Shown here piece after piece: positions 9,497-18,891 of a DNA stretch of 64,000 nucleotides (positions within the stretch are counted from its first letter, which is position 1; each line of letters begins with the position of its first letter). This DNA is from an uncultured Acidobacteriota bacterium (GTDB lineage Bacteria > Acidobacteriota > Thermoanaerobaculia > Multivoradales > UBA5704): the NCBI GenBank assembly GCA_963700145.1, contig OY969474.1, positions 608,001 to 672,000 of the forward strand, given 5' to 3'. Made by a program: the position numbers and the translations under genes. The notes under the pieces were generated by a model that had not been told where the DNA came from, made no database searches, and worked only from the letters and a program-made list of their open reading frames with translations.

Positions 9497-10232
9497 GGCG
9501 CGCGTGCAGGAGATAGCGGCGCGCCTGACCGCCGGCGTTGAAGAGCAGGTCGACGATGCTCACCTGGTGATCGAAAGGCGGATGGAGCTGTTCGTACTCG
9601 AGATATCCCGAGTAGTCGAAGTACTCGACCGCGATCCCGCGCCGTGCGAAGGGCTCCGTCCGCAGGTACGCCTTCGCCGCCGGACCCGACAGGTAGACCG
9701 CGGCGCCGGCCTGGGCGCAGATCTCCGCCAGGCGGCGGCTCCGCGTCGCGTCGCGCGCCGCTTCGTCGCCGGGCGGCTCGGACGCGGTCTGCTCCGCGGG
9801 GTACTCCCACGACCAGCGCAGCGGCGTGGCAATGCCCAGGAAGTCGCGGATGGCGGCCAGGAAGCGCGCGTTGATGGCGCTGAGCCGCGTCTCCGCGCAG
9901 TCGAGGTAGAGCCTCTCGAGCAGCGCCGCGGCCTCGCGGAAGCCGCGGGCGCGCCCGTAGCTGCCGACGAGCGTGCGCCAGTGCCGGGCGGGCCACGCGT
10001 GATCGCTGACCTCGATCTCGCGGATCGGCGACAGGTAGCGCCCCTTGGCCGCCACCGGGATCGTCAGCCAGACGGGGCCGGAGGAGGTCTTGATCCGATT
10101 CCGGTTGCGCCAGTCGCGGCGGGTGTACTGCACCTCGTCGTAGAGCACGAGCTCGTCGGCGGCGGCGATGAGGTCGAAGTAGCCTTTCCAGGGGATGTAG
10201 TTCGACTGCACGATCGCCACGCGCTTGCCCAT
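9489..10232 (-). CDS. WbqC-family protein
   Basis: AIVQSNYIPWKGYFDLI, DWRNRNRIKT, YLSGPAAKAY, SIVDLLFN. Confidence 0.9.
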   Translation of the reverse strand: MGKRVAIVQSNYIPWKGYFDLIAAADELVLYDEVQYTRRDWRNRNRIKTSSGPVWLTIPVAAKGRYLSPIREIEVSDHAWPARHWRTLVGSYGRARGFREAAALLERLYLDCAETRLSAINARFLAAIRDFLGIATPLRWSWEYPAEQTASEPPGDEAARDATRSRRLAEICAQAGAAVYLSGPAAKAYLRTEPFARRGIAVEYFDYSGYLEYEQLHPPFDHQVSIVDLLFNAGGQARRYLLHARHG

Positions 10233-10244
10233 GCGGCGGCGAGT

Positions 10245-11393
10245 CTAGCGCGCGGGTGACGGGCCCTCGAGGATCACTTCGATGACGCGTGCCTGCTCCG
10301 CGTCGCTCAGGCTGTTGAAGAGCGGCAGGCGCAGCAGCCGGTCGCTGACGCTCTCGGTCACCGGACAGTCGCCGGGCCGCCCGCCGAAGCGCCGTCCCAT
10401 CTCCGACAGGTGGAGCGGCAGGTAGTGGAAGGTCGAGTAGACGTCGGCCCGCCGCAAGCGGGCGCTGAACTCTTCGCGCTCGGCGAGCGACGGGAAGAGC
10501 AGGTAGAAGAGGTGGTACGCCTGGCTGCAGTGCGGCGGCACCACCGGCAGCCGGACGCCGTGCGCCGCGGCCCAACCGGCGAGCGCGGCGGCATAGGTCT
10601 CCCAGAGCTGGCGCCGCCGGCGCTGCGTCTCCGCGCTGCGTTCGAGCTGGGCGAGGAGGAAGCCGGCCAGGATGTCGGAGGGCAGGTAGCTGGAGCCGAC
10701 GTCGACCCAGGTGTACTTGTCCACCTCGCCGCGGAAGAAGCGGCTCCGGTTGGTCCCCTTCTCGCGCAGGATCTCGGCGCGCTCGAAGAGCGCCGGGTCG
10801 TTGACCACCAGCGCGCCGCCTTCGCCGCAAGTGACGTTCTTGGTCTCGTGGAAGCTCAGCGTGGAGAGGACGCCGAAGGTGCCGAGCGGCCGGTCGCGAT
10901 AGGCCCCGAAGAGGCCGTGAGCGTTGTCCTCGACGATCGCGGCGCCGCACCGCCGGCCGATCTCCTGCAGGGCGTCCATCTCGCAGCCGATGCCGGCATA
11001 GTGGACGGGAAGGATGACGCGGGTGCGCGACGTCACCTTGCGCTCGACGTCGGCCTCGTCGACGTTCAGGGTGTCCTGCCGGATGTCGGCGAAGACGGGC
11101 TGGGCGCCGCGCAGCACGAAGGCGTTGGCGGTCGAGACGAAGGTGAACGCCGGCATGACGACCTCGTCGCCGGGACCCGCCTCGAGCAGCAGCGCGGCCA
11201 GCTCCAGTGCGTGCGTGCAGGAGGTGGTGAGGAAGACGCGCGGCGCGCCGAGGATCTCCTGCAGCCTTTCGTGGCAGCGGCGGGTGTACCAGCCGTCGCC
11301 CGAGAGATGACTGCGCTCGACCGCGTCGGCGATGTACTCCAGCTCCCGGCCGGCGAGCGAGGGCCGGTTGAAGGGCACGCGCGGCTCGCTCAT
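10245..11393 (-). CDS. wecE: dTDP-4-amino-4,6-dideoxygalactose transaminase-like (DegT/DnrJ family, PLP)
   Basis: MSEPRVPFNRP start at 11393. TTSCTHALE, SFHETKNVTCGEGGAL and EKGTNRSRFFRGEVDKYTWVDVGSS are typical of RffA/WecE. Confidence 0.88.
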   Translation of the reverse strand: MSEPRVPFNRPSLAGRELEYIADAVERSHLSGDGWYTRRCHERLQEILGAPRVFLTTSCTHALELAALLLEAGPGDEVVMPAFTFVSTANAFVLRGAQPVFADIRQDTLNVDEADVERKVTSRTRVILPVHYAGIGCEMDALQEIGRRCGAAIVEDNAHGLFGAYRDRPLGTFGVLSTLSFHETKNVTCGEGGALVVNDPALFERAEILREKGTNRSRFFRGEVDKYTWVDVGSSYLPSDILAGFLLAQLERSAETQRRRRQLWETYAAALAGWAAAHGVRLPVVPPHCSQAYHLFYLLFPSLAEREEFSARLRRADVYSTFHYLPLHLSEMGRRFGGRPGDCPVTESVSDRLLRLPLFNSLSDAEQARVIEVILEGPSPAR

Positions 11394-13075
11394 GCCGGCC
11401 CTTTCGCGATGCGCAGGAAGGTGACGGCGAAACCGGCGATCGGCCCCTCGATCTCCTCGCGGTCGAGCTGCTGGGCGCCGAGGCCGACCCGCGCCAGCGC
11501 CTGCGTGGCCTCGGCGAAGGCGTTCGCGTGGTCCGACAGGACGGCAATCCGCTGCCCCGGCGCGAGGCTCGCGTTGCCGCAGACCGTGGGGCCGGGCAAG
11601 TTCGGGAACCCCAGGTTCACGACGCAGGGGCTGAACAGGTACGCGCTCGCCACCGCGTCGAAGACCTGGCCGTTCTCCTCGTCGTAGTTGTACCAGAGCC
11701 AGGTCGTGAACGTCGGGTCGGAGCGCTCGATCGCCACGACCGCCTGGTCCATCTGCAGAAAGAGATCGCGCGCCAGGTCCTCGGGGCGCTGGTGGACCCG
11801 TGTCTTGATCAGCGCCTGCGACGAGGCGGCGGCGAGGAGCAGGACCGCGGCGGCGGCGGCGCCGCGGGCGCCGGAGACGAGCACCGCGACGCCGGCGAGG
11901 CCGAGCAGCAGGGGCGCGGTGACCGGCGCGTCGCTGCCGATCCAGGGAATGAGGTCCTGTCGACGGAAACCCGGCAGCCAGAGGAGCAGGTGCGCCGAGA
12001 CGGCCAGCGCGCAGAGCCCCAGGTAAGCGCGGCTGGGGACGCCCTCGACGAGCACGGCCGCTTGGCCGGCGAAGGCCAGGAACGCGGGCGGCAGGAGCAG
12101 GCTCGCGGCGTAGGGGTGCTGGAGCAGGCTGAACCCCGCGAGCTGCAGGACGAGGACGGCGACAGCGAAGGCGAGGAGCTGGAGCTGGCTCGCGAGCAGC
12201 AACGGATCGGCGTCCCGCCCGCGCCGCCGGCGCAGCAGGAGAGCGAGGGCGCCGCAGGTCGCCAGCGCGGGGAACACCAGCCAGGTGGCCTGCTGGAGCC
12301 AGGTGTAGTCCTGGGCCCGCCAGATGTTCGGCGTGCGGCCGGAGCTGACCTCGAGCGCGAACCGCAAGGAGCTGCGCAGGAAGAAGAGCGGCCCGCCGGC
12401 CGCCCGGTTGATCAGCGCCAGCGCCGCGATCGTCAACCCTCCGCCCGCCGCCGCCCAGCCGGCGCTGGGCACGAGCGGTCGCTGCGCCGACCGCCGGTTG
12501 AGAAACAGGAAGGCGGCGGCAAGCAGCGGCAGATACAGGACGTAGAGGATGTTGGCGGAGATCATCGCCGCGCCGGCGGCGCCGGCGAGGAAGAGCGCCG
12601 TCCGCGGCGCCCGCCCGCCCGCCGCCGCCGTCGTGCCGAGGAGCGCCGCGAAGAAGTAGGTAAGGCCGAAGCCGTCGACGTAGTTGGAGCCGATGGCGAG
12701 GAGAAACCAGGGGTGGGCGCCGAGGCAGATCGCCGCCAACAGGGCCGGCCGGCGGCCGAAGAGCATTGCGGCGGTGCCGAAGAAGCCGAGCACCGCCGTC
12801 CAGTAGAGGGCCAGGTGGAGCGCGAAGTTCGCCGCCAGCGGCGGCAGCAGGTGGTGGAAGCCGAAGCCGAGCAGGTTGACCGACAGCCGCGACGAGTAGT
12901 AGAGGTTCGGGAACTGGCTCGCGTAGGCGAGGGCGTTCTGGAAGTAGCCGTAGTAGATCCAGTGGTCGCGGTAAGGGCCGCTGTAGATCCACTGCGAGTC
13001 CACGATCAGGAGCGCCACCGGCAGGGCGGCGAGGGTGGCGATCGACGCGACGGCGGGGAGGCTGGCGCGGCTCAA
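11390..13075 (-). CDS. Multi-pass membrane protein, probable GT-C glycosyltransferase
   Basis: TTG start overlapping the upstream TGA; more than ten hydrophobic segments; acidic motif after TM1 (RDHWIYYGYF); soluble C-terminal tail. Confidence 0.6.
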   Translation of the reverse strand: MSRASLPAVASIATLAALPVALLIVDSQWIYSGPYRDHWIYYGYFQNALAYASQFPNLYYSSRLSVNLLGFGFHHLLPPLAANFALHLALYWTAVLGFFGTAAMLFGRRPALLAAICLGAHPWFLLAIGSNYVDGFGLTYFFAALLGTTAAAGGRAPRTALFLAGAAGAAMISANILYVLYLPLLAAAFLFLNRRSAQRPLVPSAGWAAAGGGLTIAALALINRAAGGPLFFLRSSLRFALEVSSGRTPNIWRAQDYTWLQQATWLVFPALATCGALALLLRRRRGRDADPLLLASQLQLLAFAVAVLVLQLAGFSLLQHPYAASLLLPPAFLAFAGQAAVLVEGVPSRAYLGLCALAVSAHLLLWLPGFRRQDLIPWIGSDAPVTAPLLLGLAGVAVLVSGARGAAAAAVLLLAAASSQALIKTRVHQRPEDLARDLFLQMDQAVVAIERSDPTFTTWLWYNYDEENGQVFDAVASAYLFSPCVVNLGFPNLPGPTVCGNASLAPGQRIAVLSDHANAFAEATQALARVGLGAQQLDREEIEGPIAGFAVTFLRIAKGPA

Positions 13076-13983
13076 AGCTGCTCCAGCACGGCCAGTCCGA
13101 TGCCGGTGGCGCCATAGCCGTTGCCGTTGTAGAGCATGTAGCGCTCCCCGTCGGCGTCGAAGACGCTGGCGTAGGCCACCATCTCCGAGTCCCACCCGGC
13201 GGGGGAGACGTCGATGCCCGCCTCCTCGTCGCGACGGTGCCAGGAGAGCCCGTCGGGCGACTCGGCGTAGCCGATGCGGTAGCTCGCGCCGCGGCGCGAG
13301 TACCACATCCGGTAGCGCCCCGCCTCGCGCAACACCCAGGGCCGCGACAGCGCGTACTCGTCCGGCGCGTCGAAGTCGATGCACACCAGGCCGCGGCGGC
13401 ACCACTGCAGGCCGTCGCCCGACTCGGCGTACTTGATGAGGTAGCGGTGGCGCGGCCCTGCCGGCGTCGGCTCCCAGCCGACGCAGGAGAGGTACCAGAG
13501 CCGCCACTTGCCGTCCTCCACGAGCACGCAGGGGCTGGCGGTGAAGAACGGATCGTGGACGTCGCGGTCGAGCACCGGCCCCTCGCTCACGCGGGCGAAC
13601 GACTCGCCGCCGTCGCGGCTCTCGGCGGCCCCGATGGCGTTGCGGAACGGCACCGTGATGCCCCGGTTCCAGCCAATGTAGTAGAGGAGCAGCCGCCCCT
13701 CCTCCTCGACGATCCAGGTCGCCATCGCGCCGTCCTCGTCGAAGGTGCCGAGCGCGCCCGGGGAGAGGGCCGGTCGCGCCGCGAGCCGCAGCAGCCGATC
13801 GGGGTGCCGCGGATCGAAGTCGAAGAAGCCGGTGTGGGACCGGTTGGCGCGGTCGCGCGGCGAGAAGAAGACGCGCCAGCGGTGCGCCCCCAGCCGCAGC
13901 GGCACGGGCACCGCGGCGTGGGAGACCCCCCAGTCGCCGAGCGGGGCCGGCGAGTAGATCCGCCCGAGCTTGCGCCACCTCAT
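13072..13983 (-). CDS. Five-bladed beta-propeller glycosidase-like protein (GH32/GH130-like)
   Basis: Repeated Y(A/I)ESxDGxxW Asp-box-like blades; WRKLGRIY N-terminus. Confidence 0.7.
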   Translation of the reverse strand: MRWRKLGRIYSPAPLGDWGVSHAAVPVPLRLGAHRWRVFFSPRDRANRSHTGFFDFDPRHPDRLLRLAARPALSPGALGTFDEDGAMATWIVEEEGRLLLYYIGWNRGITVPFRNAIGAAESRDGGESFARVSEGPVLDRDVHDPFFTASPCVLVEDGKWRLWYLSCVGWEPTPAGPRHRYLIKYAESGDGLQWCRRGLVCIDFDAPDEYALSRPWVLREAGRYRMWYSRRGASYRIGYAESPDGLSWHRRDEEAGIDVSPAGWDSEMVAYASVFDADGERYMLYNGNGYGATGIGLAVLEQL

Positions 13984-13989
13984 GGCGGT

Positions 13990-14955
13990 CTACGGCGCGC
14001 CGGCGGCCGGTCCGCTCGCGCCGTCGTCGCCGGCGGTCCCGCCGCGGTAGACGTCGCGAACCACCGTGAAGGGCCGGTCCTTGGCCTCGCTGAAGACCTT
14101 GGCGAGGTAGATCCCGACGATGCCGACGCAGAACAGGTTGAGGCCGCCCATGAAGCAGAGCGCGACCATCGTCGACACCCACCCCGGCAGGAGCTGGCCG
14201 AAGAACAGGCTGCGGACGATCAGGGCGCCCGCCCCGGCGAGCGACAGGAACAGGATCGCGATGCCGAGGTAGAAGATCATCACCAGCGGACGGGTGCTGA
14301 AGGAGGTGACCGAGTTGACCGCCAGCGCGATCTTCCGCCGCAGCGTGTAGCTGCTCACTCCCTTGTGCAGCTTGTGCGCCGGGACGCCGACCTGCCGGTA
14401 GCCGGTCGCCGACCAGAGCCCCGCCAGGAAGATCTCCCGGTCCCGGTGCGCGAGCAGGCTGTCGACGTAGCGCCGTGTCATCAGGCGGGCGCAGAGCTGG
14501 TTGGCCGGCACTTCCTCGGCCGACAGCCAGTTGAAGAAGCGGTAGAAGAGGGCGCCGGTGGCGCGCTCGATCGGCCCTCCCTTGCGGCTCTCCTGCACGC
14601 CGTAGACGACGTCCGCGCCGCTGCGGTCCATCGCCTCGGAAAACACCTGCAGCAGCTCCGGCTCCTCCTCGAGGTCGGCGTCGAGCAGGAAGACACGGCG
14701 CCCGCGGGCGTGCGCGAGCCCCGTCATCATCGCCTTGTGATGGCCGAAGTTGCGGGAGAGGTCGACGACGCAGAGGCGCGGGTCGCGCCGCTGCAGCTCG
14801 AGAGCGATCTGCAGCGACTCGTCCGGCGAGCCGTCGTTGACCAGGACGATCTCGTAGTCCAGGCCGAGCTGCCGCGCCGTCGCGGAGGCGCGGCGATGGA
14901 ACTCCTCCACATAGGCCGCCGAGCGGTAAAGAGAGGAAACGATGGAGAGGTCCAT
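13990..14955 (-). CDS. GT2 polyprenol-phosphate glycosyltransferase (GtrB/ArnC-like)
   Basis: VNDGSPD, SRNFGHHKA, DADLEE and two C-terminal TM helices. Confidence 0.88.
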   Translation of the reverse strand: MDLSIVSSLYRSAAYVEEFHRRASATARQLGLDYEIVLVNDGSPDESLQIALELQRRDPRLCVVDLSRNFGHHKAMMTGLAHARGRRVFLLDADLEEEPELLQVFSEAMDRSGADVVYGVQESRKGGPIERATGALFYRFFNWLSAEEVPANQLCARLMTRRYVDSLLAHRDREIFLAGLWSATGYRQVGVPAHKLHKGVSSYTLRRKIALAVNSVTSFSTRPLVMIFYLGIAILFLSLAGAGALIVRSLFFGQLLPGWVSTMVALCFMGGLNLFCVGIVGIYLAKVFSEAKDRPFTVVRDVYRGGTAGDDGASGPAAGAP

Positions 14956-15002
14956 GGTGGGTCGCGCTGGGCGCCGGCGCTCGCCGGGCGGAGCGGGCCG
15001 GG

Positions 15003-15662
15003 TCAGAGCTCGACCTGGTCGCTCCGCTTCTCGAGGAGCACGGCGCGCTGCGGGGCGTAGACCCCCCCCTCGATCGTGTCGTTCATGATCACCGCGCCGC
15101 CGCCGATCAGCGTGCGCGGCGCGATGGTGATCGAGTTGCGCAGCGTGGCGTTGACGCCGATGAAGCAGTAGCTGCCCACCCTGACGTAGCCCGAGATGAC
15201 GACGTGCGAGGCGATGAAGCAGTGGCTCTCGATGACCGCGTCGTGGCCGATGTGGTTGCCGCTCCAGAGCGTCACGTCGTCGCCGATGCGGACCATCGGC
15301 TGGATCGTGTTGTCCTCGAGGATGAAGCAGTTGTCGCCGATCGGCTGGTCGGTCAGGAAGGAGCAGCGGCTGCTGACGTAGCTCACCAGGCGGTAGCCGA
15401 GCGCCCGCGCCTGCTCGAACTTGGCCGCCCGCACCTGGTTCATCCGCGTGTAGCTGAGGGCCACGAACATGGCGAACTCGTCGGGGGGGTAGAGCTCCGA
15501 CACCGCGGCGAAGTCGACCAGCGGCAGCCCCTGGAACTCGTCCTCCCGGCGGTACTCGCCGTCGACGGTGAAGGCAACGACCTCATGGTCGCTGTCGTGG
15601 GTGAAGTAGTAGTGCGCCAGCCGCGCGATGTCGCCGGCGCCGAACAGGACGAGCCTGGCCAT
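15003..15662 (-). CDS. Sugar N/O-acyltransferase, PglD/NeuD-like left-handed beta-helix
   Basis: LFGAGDIA N-domain plus hexapeptide repeats (IGDNCFI, HIGHDAVI). Confidence 0.88.
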   Translation of the reverse strand: MARLVLFGAGDIARLAHYYFTHDSDHEVVAFTVDGEYRREDEFQGLPLVDFAAVSELYPPDEFAMFVALSYTRMNQVRAAKFEQARALGYRLVSYVSSRCSFLTDQPIGDNCFILEDNTIQPMVRIGDDVTLWSGNHIGHDAVIESHCFIASHVVISGYVRVGSYCFIGVNATLRNSITIAPRTLIGGGAVIMNDTIEGGVYAPQRAVLLEKRSDQVEL

Positions 15663-15754
15663 CCGACGCTTCGCCTCCCTTGGGTCGCCGCGGCGGATTC
15701 TAGCCCACCCCCGGAACGCTAGACTGGCGCCTCCGTGCTCCCGCCACGCCCCCG

Positions 15755-16372
15755 ATGAGTCACCGCTCCAGCGGCATCTACCGGCTCTTCGACTCCGCGG
15801 CGCTCTACGAGCGCGTCCAGCGCCTGCTCGGCAGCGACTCGGCGCGCCGCCGCTACGTCCGGGACTTCCTCCGCCCGCGCCCCGGGATAAGGGTGCTCGA
15901 CATCGGCTGCGGCACCGGCGCCATCCTCGAGCACCTGCCCGCCGACGTGGACTACGTCGGGTACGACCTCAACCCCCGGTACGTGGAGGCCGCCCGCCGC
16001 CGCTACGCCGGGCGCGGGCGCTTCTTCTGCGCGCGGGTGGAGGAGGAGCCCGACGCCCCCGGCGGTTTCGATCTCGTGCTGGCCACCGCGGTCCTGCACC
16101 ACCTCGACGATGCCACGGCCGACCGCCTGGTCGCGAGCGCCCACCGCGGCTTGCGCGCCGGGGGTTGCCTGGTGACCCTCGATCCCGTCGTTCACCCCGG
16201 CCAGTCGCCGGTCGCGCGGCTGCTCATCGCCCTCGACCGGGGGCGGAAAGTGCGGACGCCGGAGGGATACCGCGCTCTCGTGGCCGGCCGTTTCGCCGCC
16301 GTCGAGGAGCATCTGCTCACCGACCTCGCGGCGGTGCCCTACAGCCACTTCGTGCTGCGGGCGCGCAAGTAG
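15755..16372 (+). CDS. Class I SAM-dependent methyltransferase
   Basis: VLDIGCGTG, FDLVLATAVLHHL. Confidence 0.88.
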   Translation: MSHRSSGIYRLFDSAALYERVQRLLGSDSARRRYVRDFLRPRPGIRVLDIGCGTGAILEHLPADVDYVGYDLNPRYVEAARRRYAGRGRFFCARVEEEPDAPGGFDLVLATAVLHHLDDATADRLVASAHRGLRAGGCLVTLDPVVHPGQSPVARLLIALDRGRKVRTPEGYRALVAGRFAAVEEHLLTDLAAVPYSHFVLRARK

Positions 16373-16382
16373 GCGCCGCAGC

Positions 16383-18230
16383 TCAACCGGCGATGGCTTC
16401 GAGCCGCTCGACGATCTTCCGCGCCGCGCTCCGCCAGCTCCAGCGGTGCGCCATCTCGCAGGCGGCGGCGCGGCCGCGGCGGCGGGCCTCCGCCTGGTCC
16501 TCGAAGACCTGGCGCAGCAGGTGCCGCAGGTGCTCCGGATCGGGGTCCGCCCAGGTGAAGCCGGCGTAGTACGGGCACTTCGCCACCGCCGGCACCGTCC
16601 GCCGCACGCGCAGCGGGTAGCCGATCCCCTCGTGGAAGAACTCGGTGTGCGCCCCCCAGTCGGTGGCGATCGCCGGCAGCCCGCACGCCATCGCCTCCAT
16701 CAGCGGCATGTTCCACCCCTCCCCGCGGGAGGCGGCGACGAAGCAGTCGGCCGAGCGGTAGAGCGAGCCGAGCTGGTACTGCGGGAACTCCAGGTTGAAG
16801 AGGTACGAGATCCGCCCCCCCGAGCTCTTGAGCCGCAGGCGGCGGAGCTCCTCCTTGACGTGGACCGAGGGGTCGCGGTTGATGATCTTGCACACCAGCC
16901 GCACCGGCTCGGCGGCGGAGAAGACGTCGTTGAAGGCGCGGAGCAGCGTCCAGGGCTCCTTGCGCTCGCCCCACTCGAAGAGCGAGAGGAAGACGAACTC
17001 CCCGTCGGGGTTGGGGTAGCTGCGGATCCGCGGGTGGAAGTAGTCCGCGTCGACCCCGAGCGGCACCACGTGCACCGGCCGCTTGAGACCCGAGCGGAGG
17101 AAGCCCTGGCGGTTGAACTCGCTCGGCACCCAGACCTCGTCCATCCGGTTGGCCTGCCGCACCCATTCGCGCGGGAAACCGTCGACCTCGAGCATGGTGT
17201 AGCCGACCTTGTAGCGGGCGAGGTTGCGGCGGAAGACGTCCCCCTGCCCATAGACCACGCCCACCCGCGGCCGCAGCGGCAGCCGGCGGCCGCGGATGAC
17301 GTTCAGGCGATAGTCGCCGGAGTTCTCCGGCTCCGCTACCGGAAACACCGTCTTCGGACCGTAGACGTAGCGGTAGACCGTCCGCACCCCTTCCCGCTCG
17401 AGGGCGCGCAGCAGCTCGCGGCAGCTCGTCGCGTAGCCGGTGGGGAAGTTCATGATCGACTGCCAGGCCAGCTCCCGGCGGTAGCGCCCCTCGAGCGCCG
17501 CGCCCCACTTCCGCCGGAAGGTCTTGCGGCTCCCCTGGAAGAGGCGGTTGAAGGTCCCGTCGTCGCCGCGGGTCGAGCCGTGCTCGTCGTGGATCAGCGT
17601 CACGTCGCCGCAGAGCACCGTGCGGAAGCCCGCCTGGCGGGCGCGCAGGCAGTAGTCGGTGTCCTCGAAGTAGGACTCGAAGTCGAGCGACAGGCCGCCG
17701 ATCGCCGTCACCACCTCGCGTTTGATGTAGGCGCAGGCGAAGACGATCCCCTCGACGTCGAACACCCCGGCGTACTGGCCGACGTCCTTCTCGAGCGAGC
17801 CCACCTGCTGGCCCCACATGGTGTCGGGCATCATGTAGGTGCCGGCGTGCAGCAGCCGCCCGTCCGGCAGCGCCAGCCGGCAGCCGACGATCCCCCGGTC
17901 GGCCGCGCCGTGGACGCAGGCGCGCAACCGCTGCAACCAGTCGCGCTGGGTGAACTCGAGGTCGTTGTTGAGCAGGACGATGTCGGACGCCGGATCGGCC
18001 GCCTCGATGCCGGCGTTGTTGCCGCGCACGAAGCCGGCGTTGGTCGGCAGCCTGACGGTGCGCACCCAGCCGAGCTCGGCCAGGCGCTGCGGCGTCTCGT
18101 CGGTCGAGCCGTTGTCGACGACCAGCACCTCGGCGCCGGTCAAGTCGGTGGCGCGCAGGGTCTCGAGGCAGCGCCGGGTGAGGTCCCAGCGGTTCCAGGC
18201 GAGGACGATGAGGCTGGCCGGGCGCGTCAT
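16383..18230 (-). CDS. Bifunctional GT2 + GT4 glycosyltransferase
   Basis: VVDNGSTD/LLNND/YFEDTDYC (GT2) and SRGEGWNMPLMEAMACG (GT4); ATG at 18230. Confidence 0.88.
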   Translation of the reverse strand: MTRPASLIVLAWNRWDLTRRCLETLRATDLTGAEVLVVDNGSTDETPQRLAELGWVRTVRLPTNAGFVRGNNAGIEAADPASDIVLLNNDLEFTQRDWLQRLRACVHGAADRGIVGCRLALPDGRLLHAGTYMMPDTMWGQQVGSLEKDVGQYAGVFDVEGIVFACAYIKREVVTAIGGLSLDFESYFEDTDYCLRARQAGFRTVLCGDVTLIHDEHGSTRGDDGTFNRLFQGSRKTFRRKWGAALEGRYRRELAWQSIMNFPTGYATSCRELLRALEREGVRTVYRYVYGPKTVFPVAEPENSGDYRLNVIRGRRLPLRPRVGVVYGQGDVFRRNLARYKVGYTMLEVDGFPREWVRQANRMDEVWVPSEFNRQGFLRSGLKRPVHVVPLGVDADYFHPRIRSYPNPDGEFVFLSLFEWGERKEPWTLLRAFNDVFSAAEPVRLVCKIINRDPSVHVKEELRRLRLKSSGGRISYLFNLEFPQYQLGSLYRSADCFVAASRGEGWNMPLMEAMACGLPAIATDWGAHTEFFHEGIGYPLRVRRTVPAVAKCPYYAGFTWADPDPEHLRHLLRQVFEDQAEARRRGRAAACEMAHRWSWRSAARKIVERLEAIAG

Positions 18231-18517
18231 CGCGGCGCCGGGCCGAGGTGAAGCGAGCTCCAAAGGTCCTCCAGGGTCTCGTCCACCTCGGCGGGGGTGA
18301 GCGCGATGGTCTCGCGCCAGAGGCTCGGCTCGTAGGCGTTGCGCGGCAGCGGCGGCAGGCCGGCCCGCACCCGCGCGATCACCAGCAGGTCCCGCTTGCA
18401 GATGTGCTTCTGGATCCGGACCAGCTCGCGGGACCGCGTCTCCAGCGCGTGCTCGAGGGCCACGACGCGCGCTTCCAGCCGGGCGATCGTCTCCCGGGGC
18501 TCCGTCTCGGCGCTCAC
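18227..18517 (-). CDS. Small hypothetical protein with coiled coil
   Basis: GTG start overlapping the upstream TGA; IARLEARVVALEHALETR heptads; stop overlaps the next ATG. Confidence 0.55.
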   Translation of the reverse strand: MSAETEPRETIARLEARVVALEHALETRSRELVRIQKHICKRDLLVIARVRAGLPPLPRNAYEPSLWRETIALTPAEVDETLEDLWSSLHLGPAPR

Positions 18518-18816
18518 CAGGCCCGCCCGACGACCCGCCGCAGCGCCTGGATCAGCTGCCAGGGCCGCGACTTGAGGACCGCCTCGTGGAAGGACGCCAG
18601 CCGCTCGACGTCGCGCCGCAGGCGCCAGACCTCCGGAGAATCTTCGCGCGGCGAGGACCAGGTCTCCACCCCGTCCTCGGCCCCCCATTGCACCGTGGCG
18701 AGGCGGTCCTCCCAGGCCTGGTGCTCGTGCTCCCGCAGGCGGCGATCGAAGGCCTCGGCCTCCAGGCGGCCGAGGCGGCGGTACTCGTCGAGGTCGCGCT
18801 GCGTCGCTACTGTCAT
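18514..18816 (-). CDS. Small coiled-coil protein with C-terminal amphipathic SRPWQL motif
   Basis: 100-aa ORF heading a coupled operon; TATGCT -10-like box upstream. Confidence 0.55.
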   Translation of the reverse strand: MTVATQRDLDEYRRLGRLEAEAFDRRLREHEHQAWEDRLATVQWGAEDGVETWSSPREDSPEVWRLRRDVERLASFHEAVLKSRPWQLIQALRRVVGRAW

Positions 18817-18891
18817 GTCTAAGAGAGCATAGTACGGACGGGTGCGGAGCGTTGCGACCCCAGGGCGCGAAACCTATACTGGCGCGGCGTT

